34,887 nt of DNA, taken from positions 77,933 through 112,819 of the forward strand of contig JBAQNN010000003.1 in the NCBI GenBank assembly GCA_049303835.1, in the 5' to 3' direction. This document shows positions 24,510 to 32,665 of this stretch, in pieces (positions within the stretch are counted from its first letter, which is position 1; each line of letters starts with the position of its first letter). The notes under the pieces are model-generated. The model saw only the letters and a list, made by a program, of their open reading frames with translations. It was not told the DNA's origin and made no database searches. Source of the DNA: Minisyncoccia bacterium. GTDB taxonomy: Bacteria; Patescibacteriota; Minisyncoccia; Phycocordibacterales; UBA9973. Made by a program: the position numbers and the translations under genes.

Positions 24510-25298
24510 TTAAAAACTGGGAATAATCACCGCCACAGACTCCATCAAACTCTTGGTAGAGCTTCCGGGCATACGCAAAAATTCCCGAACTTTGAAGATA
24601 TGCTCAAAACAAATTTGCAAAGAATTTTGAGCAGGGAAGGTTCCAGCCGAAGGCTGGAGTAAACTGGAAAAATTATTTACAAATTTGTTTTGTAATAAAG
24701 TTTCAAGCGCATTTAAGAATTTAAGCGCTTTAGAACGAGCAGAGTCAGTGACCACAATTTCATTCCCCTCCTCGTCTTCCTCTGCTGTTTCTGTCAACAA
24801 TTCTTTGATAAAATCAAGTCTTTCCCTCACTGACATAACAATAAATTTTTCCGCCTCTCCCATAGGGCTACGGCTGAGGGCATCTTTCGCTTCTGCCCCC
24901 AAACCAGGTTCGGGAGCAATCAGGTAGAAACGAGAAACTAGAGTTTTTAGAAGGGCGTTTACGTCCGGCACTATCAGGAAAAAATGCGTATCTGGTACGG
25001 GTTCTTCAAACATTTTTAACAACACATTTTGTGCATCCAAAGAAAAACTATTTATGCTCACTAAAAATATTCTTTTTTCAGAAGAAAAACTTTTGTTTGA
25101 AGACATTGCTCGCAAGTCAAAAGCCTCATCAATTTTAAAATTGTCAATTGAAATATGACAAAAGTCCGGATTGCCGGAAGTTTTTATATTTATATTTTCA
25201 CAAAATTTTATAATTTCCGGAACAACCTCATCTCGCACCCCCTCTATAAGATAAGCATGATGTAAGTTATCCTTGTCCAAGTGTTCTAAAATACCCAT
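24510..25298 (-). CDS. holB: DNA polymerase III delta'-like clamp-loader subunit
   Basis: HAYLIEG (a degenerate P-loop position), NVLLKMFEEP and the SRF sensor motif in the order expected of delta' proteins. The C-terminal domain is divergent. Confidence 0.7.
   Translation of the reverse strand: MGILEHLDKDNLHHAYLIEGVRDEVVPEIIKFCENINIKTSGNPDFCHISIDNFKIDEAFDLRAMSSNKSFSSEKRIFLVSINSFSLDAQNVLLKMFEEPVPDTHFFLIVPDVNALLKTLVSRFYLIAPEPGLGAEAKDALSRSPMGEAEKFIVMSVRERLDFIKELLTETAEEDEEGNEIVVTDSARSKALKFLNALETLLQNKFVNNFSSLLQPSAGTFPAQNSLQICFEHIFKVREFLRMPGSSTKSLMESVAVIIPSF
24623..24662 (+). repeat. 40-nt GC-rich hairpin element, copy B (inside the holB-like CDS, antisense to it)
   Basis: aattttgagcagggaaggttccagccgaaggctggagtaa. 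The stem TTCCAGCC/GGCTGGAG has a GAA loop. It encodes LLQPSAGTFPAQN in the holB frame. Confidence 0.7.
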
Positions 25299-25314
25299 AT
25301 TGTTTTTGTTTCCT

Positions 25315-26328
25315 TTACTTCTTACTCAAAACAGCTTTTTTATAAACATCCAGATGTTCCAGAGCAATTCCTGTACCGTTTGCCACACAAAAGAACGCAT
25401 CATCAGCTAAAGTAGCCTTCACCCCCGTCTTCCTATAGACTAAATCCGTTAAATTTCTGAGTTGAGAAGAACCACCGGTCATGATTATGCCGTGATCAAT
25501 AATATCAGACGCGAGCTCGGGCGGAGTTTCTTGCAGCACATCTTTGATAGCTTTTATAATTTGTCGCAATTCTGCATCTATCGCCTTTACTATTTCGTTG
25601 GTCCCGACTTGAGCAGACCTCGGTAGCCCTTGGATGAAATCTCTTCCTTTGATGGTCACTCGCAGTTCTTCTTCCAATTGTACCGCTGCACCGATTTTAA
25701 TTTTTACTTCTTCGGCTGTCCTATCGCCGATAGCCAAATTAAATGTTTTCTTTATGTAGTCTGCAATGGCGGCATCTATTTTGTTGCCGGCACATTTCAC
25801 CGAAGTGGAAGCGACGATTCCTCCTAGAGAGATAACAGCGACATCCGTCGTACCTCCTCCTATGTCTACTACCATATAACCTTTTGATTCGTAGATAGGG
25901 ATACCGGCGCCAATGGCAGCCAATATCGGCTCTTTAACCACATAAGCATTTCGGGCACCCGCACGGATGGCAGCTTCTACTACCGCTCGTCTTTCCGTAG
26001 AAGTCACCCCCGCCGGCACAGAGACCATCACATCTGGTTTAAAAAGACTAAATTTCCCCATTGCCTTACCGATAAAGTAACGAAGCATCGCTTCGGTGAC
26101 TCTGTAATCAGCGATAACTCCATCTTTCATCGGACAGTAAGTGATGATTGAATCTGGAGTTTTCCCTATCATATTTTTAGCTTCCGCTCCGATTGCTATA
26201 ATTTTATTATCCTGTTCAGATACTGCCACCACTGAAGGTTCATTCAAGACTACTCCTTTACCGGGCACAAATACCAAGGTATTTGCAGTGCCTAAATCAA
26301 TTCCAAGTTTGCGTGAAAAAAATCCCAT
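25315..26328 (-). CDS. mreB: Rod shape-determining protein MreB
   Basis: GIDLGTANTLV, DIGGGTTDVAV and the actin-fold phosphate motifs. Start set at the internal Met (MGFFSRKLGIDLGT). Confidence 0.95.
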   Translation of the reverse strand: MGFFSRKLGIDLGTANTLVFVPGKGVVLNEPSVVAVSEQDNKIIAIGAEAKNMIGKTPDSIITYCPMKDGVIADYRVTEAMLRYFIGKAMGKFSLFKPDVMVSVPAGVTSTERRAVVEAAIRAGARNAYVVKEPILAAIGAGIPIYESKGYMVVDIGGGTTDVAVISLGGIVASTSVKCAGNKIDAAIADYIKKTFNLAIGDRTAEEVKIKIGAAVQLEEELRVTIKGRDFIQGLPRSAQVGTNEIVKAIDAELRQIIKAIKDVLQETPPELASDIIDHGIIMTGGSSQLRNLTDLVYRKTGVKATLADDAFFCVANGTGIALEHLDVYKKAVLSKK

Positions 26329-26398
26329 ATAGAAGTAATATAGCATATATCTATGCTAGAATGAAATATATAAAAACCTTAGAAAAACAGATAAAAAG

Positions 26399-28321
26399 AT
26401 GAAAATAATATCCGTCATACCATTTAAAAAAGGCATTCCCAAAGGCGATTTAAGTTATTTTACTAGCTTAGAAGTATCGGCTGGAGATATCGTCATAGTC
26501 TCCATTAAAAGTAAAAAAACTTTGGCACTGGTCACGTCCGTGGAAGAATTGAGAGACAAAAAAAGCAACGTAAAAGAGATGGATTTTAATCTAAAAAAGG
26601 TACTTGAAAACAAAGGAAGTTCTGTCTTTTTGAAAGAGTATCTGGAAACTATTTTTACCACTGCTAAATATTTTGCTCAAAACAAAAATCACACCGCCGC
26701 CTCGCTTATTCCATTTATTTTTGTAGAAAAATATGATCATCTCGCCAAGATGATAACAAACCAAAAAGAAAATATTTCCGACAACCACGCCACCATCAAA
26801 TCAGAAAAATTATTATTCCAAGCACCATTTGGGGATCGTATTTCTATTTATAAAACTTTAGTCCGAGAATCTTTTGCTAGAAATAAATCAGTTTTTATTA
26901 TTCTTCCGACCCAAAGTGATATTGATAAGTTTAAGGACCATTTGTCTAAAGGCATTGAACACTTTACTTTTTCTTTACATGGTGGAATGAATCCAAAAAA
27001 GAATCTCGCAGCCTGTGAAAAGATATTATCTTCCAAACATCCGGTTTTAATCATTGGCACCCCGCCATTTCTGTCCATGCCGATGAGAGACATCGGCACC
27101 ATTATTCTAGAACATGAGAGTTCCAACGCTTATAAAATGATTGGCAAATATCATTTGGATCTGAGAGTTTTTGTTGAACTTTATGCTTCCAAAATAAATG
27201 CCAGATTTATTCTGGCCGACGAAATACTCCGATATGAAACAATAGGCAGAAAAGATATTGATAACTTGATTCCCTTGCACCCACTATCTTTTAGAGTTGA
27301 TTTTTTGGGTGAAATAAAAGTTCTGGGAAAAGATGAGAAATTTAAGGTTCTGCATGACGAAAGCACAGAAGAACTAGAATCCACAATTTTAAGCAAGAAA
27401 AAAGTTTTTATATTTTCTTTAAGAAAGGGGCTGGCCACTATGACCGTATGCCGAGACTGTGGCAATATGATAAGTTGCCAAGAATGCGGAGCACCCCTAG
27501 TGCTCTACACTTCACATCAGGGCAAAAATAGAATATTCGTCTGCAATAGGTGTCAAAAAGATATGGATGGTGATACTGTGTGCTCCAAATGTAGAAGTTG
27601 GAATCTAATACCGCTCGGCATAGGCGTAGATACTGTATATGAAGAAGTAAAAAGATTATTTCCACATGAAAAAATTTTCAAATTGGACAAAGAATCCGCC
27701 AAGACTGCTAAGGGCGCAGAAAAGATAATAAAAGAATTTGAAGAAAGTTCCAGCGCCGTACTCGTCGGCACAGAAATGGCGTTTTCATATTTGAAAGAAA
27801 AAATTCCTGTATCAATAGTAGCTTCTTTTGATTCTCTTTGGAGTATCCCAAACTTCAAAATGAGTGAGAAAATAATTCAAATTCTATTTTCCATTATCAA
27901 CAATACTAAAAAGAAGGTCATCATCCAGACTAAAAATCCCAACGACAGAACTCTGACAGCCATCAAATCAGGCAATCTACTATCTTTTGCACGAGAAGAA
28001 TTGGAAGACAGAAAAAATCTCGGCTACCCGCCGTATAAACGTTTTATAAAAATTACACACTTAGGTGATAAAGATCAAACGATAAAAGCGCGAAGGCTAC
28101 TTGAAGAGACATTCAAAGAATATTCTCCGGAGATTTTCAGCGGATTTATAGCAAAAATGCAAGGTAAATACATGACAAATGCGCTTATAAAAATAGATCC
28201 AAAGAAATGGTCTCTGCCTGAGATCTCCACCAATTCTTCCATAGATGAAAATCTGCTTACTAAACTATATTCACTCCAACCAACCTTTGAAGTTTTTGTA
28301 GATCCTGAAGACCTCCTTTAA
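26399..28321 (+). CDS. priA: PriA-like primosomal protein N' with degenerate helicase motifs
   Basis: The Cys-rich region CRDCGNMISCQECGAPLVLY...FVCNRCQ...CSKCRSWNLIPLGIGVDTVYEEV, then IQT.NP and LGYPPY, are PriA hallmarks. The Walker A and DExH positions are not conserved (see findings). Confidence 0.8.
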   Translation: MKIISVIPFKKGIPKGDLSYFTSLEVSAGDIVIVSIKSKKTLALVTSVEELRDKKSNVKEMDFNLKKVLENKGSSVFLKEYLETIFTTAKYFAQNKNHTAASLIPFIFVEKYDHLAKMITNQKENISDNHATIKSEKLLFQAPFGDRISIYKTLVRESFARNKSVFIILPTQSDIDKFKDHLSKGIEHFTFSLHGGMNPKKNLAACEKILSSKHPVLIIGTPPFLSMPMRDIGTIILEHESSNAYKMIGKYHLDLRVFVELYASKINARFILADEILRYETIGRKDIDNLIPLHPLSFRVDFLGEIKVLGKDEKFKVLHDESTEELESTILSKKKVFIFSLRKGLATMTVCRDCGNMISCQECGAPLVLYTSHQGKNRIFVCNRCQKDMDGDTVCSKCRSWNLIPLGIGVDTVYEEVKRLFPHEKIFKLDKESAKTAKGAEKIIKEFEESSSAVLVGTEMAFSYLKEKIPVSIVASFDSLWSIPNFKMSEKIIQILFSIINNTKKKVIIQTKNPNDRTLTAIKSGNLLSFAREELEDRKNLGYPPYKRFIKITHLGDKDQTIKARRLLEETFKEYSPEIFSGFIAKMQGKYMTNALIKIDPKKWSLPEISTNSSIDENLLTKLYSLQPTFEVFVDPEDLL

Positions 28322-28324
28322 TTA

Positions 28325-28353
28325 TTGACATTTCTATTCAAAAGGTGTATAAT
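28325..28353 (+). promoter_or_regulatory. Perfect-consensus sigma-70 promoter driving the GC-rich cassette
   Basis: TTGACA (28325-28330), exactly 17 nt, TATAAT (28348-28353), with TG immediately upstream of the -10 element. Confidence 0.65.
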
Positions 28354-28409
28354 ACTAGAGTATTGATCTTTCCATTATCTTGAGCAGATAGCTCAGAAAG
28401 AGGCAGAAA

Positions 28410-28640
28410 ATGACCACTTCTAAGGCCACCGAGGCTTCCCGTAAGTTCAACGAGATCCTGCAGAAAGAGACCTTCCTGCCGGCGAACCCCTTCTCGGGAC
28501 TGACCGAGAAACAGATCGAGGAAGTGACTTCGATGGTATCCCTCACGCCCGGTCAGACCCTTGTCGTGTTCTTCCGGGATCACGACGGAAGCATCGTCCG
28601 CGAGCTCGTGGACAAACTCACCGAGGAGAAGGAGAAGTGA
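28410..28640 (+). CDS. 76-aa acidic hypothetical protein in a GC-rich, codon-atypical cassette
   Basis: ATG preceded by AAAGAGG at 6-nt spacing. G/C at third codon positions is 60 of 75 by hand tally, against roughly 1 in 5 for the neighbouring ORF 28812-29189. The promoter upstream and terminator downstream are on the same strand. Confidence 0.6.
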   Translation: MTTSKATEASRKFNEILQKETFLPANPFSGLTEKQIEEVTSMVSLTPGQTLVVFFRDHDGSIVRELVDKLTEEKEK

Positions 28641-28714
28641 GCAAGCGCAAGCTGAAAGCTCTGGCTGCTCTCGCCGCTGTGGCAGCGGCCAAGAAGAAGT
28701 GGCCTCCCAAGTAG
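28637..28714 (+). CDS. 25-codon micro-ORF (V/M)SKRKLKALAALAAVAAAKKKWPPK, start overlapping the upstream stop (GTGA)
   Basis: GTG at 28637 overlaps TGA at 28638-28640. GAGGAG/AAGGAG motifs lie just upstream. It has the same GC-rich third-position bias and ends 8 nt before the terminator hairpin. Confidence 0.4.
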   Translation: MSKRKLKALAALAAVAAAKKKWPPK

Positions 28715-28721
28715 TAATATC

Positions 28722-28775
28722 AGCCCACCCGGGCGCAGAAGGCTCGCCCTTCTCGTCGGGTGGGCTTTCTTATTT
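28722..28775 (+). terminator. Strong compound rho-independent terminator of the GC-rich cassette
   Basis: Outer stem AGCCCACCCG (28722-28731) / CGGGTGGGCT (28757-28766), inner stem AGAAGG/CCTTCT, followed by TTCTTATTT. Confidence 0.75.
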
Positions 28776-28777
28776 AA

Positions 28778-28805
28778 TTGACATTATTAATTAATCTAAT
28801 AAACT
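28778..28805 (+). promoter_or_regulatory. Promoter of ORF 28812; its spacing implies a leaderless mRNA
   Basis: TTGACA (28778-28783), 16 nt, TAAACT (28800-28805), then 6 nt to the ATG at 28812. Confidence 0.45.
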
Positions 28806-28811
28806 TAAAGT

Positions 28812-29189
28812 ATGAACGAAGGAAAAAATGAACCAACACCAAAATTAATAGTATTGACGCCGGATGAAGTACGCAAAATACAAGAAGAAAGAAAACCTCT
28901 GACTAGAGAGCAAGTGGCTGAAATAGAAACAAAAATAAAAGAAGTCCAAGAAAAGGCAAATAGTGAGATAAAAAAAATTATGGAACCGGCTGTTCAGGCT
29001 GATCCCGTTATTGCAGAAGCTGTCATTAAAGATACTGTCTTAGAAAAAGATCACGTTTTATATATTATAGAAATAGAAACAGGAAATGGAAAAGAAATAA
29101 TAGAAAGAAGGTGGTACTTTGGACCGACAGTAAAAGAAGAATATAAAGGTAAGTTTGTGACTACAAAACTTAACTTACAATCACAGTAA
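28812..29189 (+). CDS. Lys/Glu-rich hypothetical protein
   Basis: 125-aa ORF with host-like AT-rich codon usage. No family recognised. Its 3' end overlaps the convergent rsmI by 20 nt. Confidence 0.55.
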   Translation: MNEGKNEPTPKLIVLTPDEVRKIQEERKPLTREQVAEIETKIKEVQEKANSEIKKIMEPAVQADPVIAEAVIKDTVLEKDHVLYIIEIETGNGKEIIERRWYFGPTVKEEYKGKFVTTKLNLQSQ

Positions 29190-29844
29190 ACTCCCCTCTT
29201 TGTTTATCTTTGTTTTTATTAAAATATTCTAAAATTTCAGCCGGAGAGCCGGTTTGAAATTCTTCGTAGATCTTTGTGAGCTCGCGGGCGACGCAGACTT
29301 TTTTGTTCGGACAAAATTTTACCAAAGATTCCAAGGTTTTCAAAATTCTATGGGGAGATTCATAAAAGACCATTGTTCTTTTTGCTTGCGCAATTTCTTT
29401 AAACAAAGTCTCTCTGCCTTTTTTGTGCGGGAGAAAACCTAGAAAAGTAAATTCATGGGTGGGTAAACCAGAAGCTGAAAGCGCCGTTATCACAGCCGAA
29501 GCTCCCGGAATCGGAACCACCTCTACACTATCGCGAAAATTAGTTTTTATTTGGGAAACGAGCATCGCTCCTGGGTCTGAGATTCCAGGTGTACCAGCAT
29601 CTGATACTAAAGCCAAATCTTTACCCTCATTTAATAAATCAAAAATTTTATCTGTCTTTGAGAGCTTGCTCTGAGCATGATAGCTCATTGTGGGTTTATT
29701 TATGCCATATTTATCCAAAATTTTTTTAGTCTCGCGAGTATCTTCGCACAATATCAAATCAACACTTTTGAGTGTCTCAATAGCTCTAAGGGTTATATCC
29801 CCCATATTTCCTATTGGCGTCGCAATGACATAAAATTTTGACAT
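29170..29844 (-). CDS. rsmI: 16S rRNA (cytidine1402-2'-O)-methyltransferase
   Basis: FYVIATPIGNMGDITLRAIETLKSVDLILCEDTR and SDAGTPGISDPG motifs of RsmI. Start set at the internal Met (MSKFYV). Confidence 0.92.
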   Translation of the reverse strand: MSKFYVIATPIGNMGDITLRAIETLKSVDLILCEDTRETKKILDKYGINKPTMSYHAQSKLSKTDKIFDLLNEGKDLALVSDAGTPGISDPGAMLVSQIKTNFRDSVEVVPIPGASAVITALSASGLPTHEFTFLGFLPHKKGRETLFKEIAQAKRTMVFYESPHRILKTLESLVKFCPNKKVCVARELTKIYEEFQTGSPAEILEYFNKNKDKQRGEFTVIVS

Positions 29845-29848
29845 CAAA

Positions 29849-30304
29849 TTATCTTCTATACTTCTTAGTCCTCCATTTATCCGCAATTTTTACACGAGTG
29901 AGAGAACGTTCTAATTCTGCTTCAAAGTGCTCAAAGTCAACTAATTCTTTGTTTTCCATCTGCTTTTTCAATTCTTCTGCTCGTGTTTTGGCTTTTTCTA
30001 TCGCTTCATCAGATAAATCCGAAACATGTTCGGCGAAATCAGCCAAAATAGCAACTTCTGTGTGCTTGTCAGAAGTTGATTCAACGGACTTTACTTCCAC
30101 AAATCCACCCACCACAGCGAGAGGCACGTGTTCTCCTTGAACATATGCGACCACGTCGCCAGAGGCCAATTCCGAAATAAGGGGAATATGATTCGGCAAA
30201 ACAGTAATCTCTCCCGTAGTGGTCGGAATACTTACTTGGTCCACCATCTCCTCCAAAACGATTTTTTCGGGAGTAACTATTTTTAATTTAAGCTGTTTAG
30301 ACAT
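29849..30304 (-). CDS. atpC: F1 ATP synthase subunit epsilon
   Basis: LKIVTPEKIVLEEMVDQVSIPTTTGEITVLPNHIPLIS is the typical epsilon N-terminal beta-sandwich. It is last in the atp operon. Start set at MSKQLKL. Confidence 0.9.
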   Translation of the reverse strand: MSKQLKLKIVTPEKIVLEEMVDQVSIPTTTGEITVLPNHIPLISELASGDVVAYVQGEHVPLAVVGGFVEVKSVESTSDKHTEVAILADFAEHVSDLSDEAIEKAKTRAEELKKQMENKELVDFEHFEAELERSLTRVKIADKWRTKKYRR

Positions 30305-30308
30305 AATT

Positions 30309-31676
<1,368 letters not shown>

Positions 31677-31729
31677 TTATTAATAATAACTTTTAATTTG
31701 ATAATTTACTTCATTTGTATTCAGGACTT

Positions 31730-32647
31730 TCAGCTTACACTTGCCATTCCGGCGCTTATCTCTGATATTTCTCTAGTAATGTTCGCCTGTCTTGCTTTGT
31801 TGAAGGCTAGAGTCAGATCATCTATCATTTCTCCTGAAGCGTCACTAGCATTTTTCATGGCCATCATTCTAGCAGATTCTTCAGAAGCATTGGATTCTAG
31901 AATCATCTGATATATCTGCATCTTCGTCAGTTTCAGAGCCAGGGATGCTATCAATTTATCACGAACTCCTTCAAATAAATATTCTGTTTTCTGTTCCCCG
32001 TCACCCATCTTTGCTGAATTTTCTCCCTGCTCTCCAAGGTTTTCTATAAATTCTTTTAGCTCAGTTTTTGAAACAGGTAAAACTTGTTTGATATTCGGTC
32101 TCTGGGTGAGAGCTGATACGAAATCAGTGTAACCAATCAAAACTCTATCGTACTTTCCAGTCATAAATTCATTCATCACCATCTCTGATATTGGGGTAAT
32201 GTTACGTAAACTAATATCGTTTAATGTTTCAAAAAAGTTTGCCACGACATTTTGGTTTAGACGCCTCATGGCGACATCGCCCCTCTTGCCCAAAGTAATC
32301 ACATCAATTTTTTGCGCACTTTTCTTAATAAAAGAAATTGTTTTTTTTATTATCTGAGCATTGTAAGCTCCACAAAGCCCCCTATTTGAACTTATAAGAA
32401 GTAAGAGGGTTTTCCCTGTGAGTTCTTCTTCCTTTTTTTCTTTAAAGAAAGGGTGATCTATCTCCTCTCCGTTTTTGGCGATGGAAGACAAAATTTCCCA
32501 AGAATATAGGGCGTAGGCTCTGGAAGAAAGAGTGGAGGACACAGCGCGCTTCATCTTGGACGCAGCCACCAGCTCCATCGCTTTGGTGATTTTCTTTGTG
32601 TTCTTTACGCTCTTTATTCTTCTTTTAATTTCTTTTGTACCAGCCAT
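31730..32647 (-). CDS. atpG: F1 ATP synthase subunit gamma
   Basis: N-terminal IKRRIKSVKNTKKITKAMELVAASKMKRA and C-terminal ITREISEI motifs. Confidence 0.95.
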   Translation of the reverse strand: MAGTKEIKRRIKSVKNTKKITKAMELVAASKMKRAVSSTLSSRAYALYSWEILSSIAKNGEEIDHPFFKEKKEEELTGKTLLLLISSNRGLCGAYNAQIIKKTISFIKKSAQKIDVITLGKRGDVAMRRLNQNVVANFFETLNDISLRNITPISEMVMNEFMTGKYDRVLIGYTDFVSALTQRPNIKQVLPVSKTELKEFIENLGEQGENSAKMGDGEQKTEYLFEGVRDKLIASLALKLTKMQIYQMILESNASEESARMMAMKNASDASGEMIDDLTLAFNKARQANITREISEISAGMASVS

Positions 32648-32665
32648 GTATTTAGACGCTAGACG

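Noticed and set aside
28381-28396. tgagcagatagctcag resembles a tRNA acceptor/D-arm 5' fragment (GATAGCTCAG), which could mark an integration site
   Set aside because: Only about 10 nt match, and no anticodon or T-arm remnant follows. The sequence is more simply a 5-bp leader hairpin (TGAGC/GCTCA).
28396-28768. Second GC-rich patch as an ncRNA, or coded on the minus strand (track ORFs 28338..28583 and 28355..28546 on the minus strand; 28561..28794 on the plus strand)
   Set aside because: The promoter, ribosome-binding site and hairpin-plus-T-tract all point along the plus strand. Only the 28410 frame shows strong third-position G/C bias. Long antisense or alternative-frame ORFs are expected by chance in GC-rich DNA.
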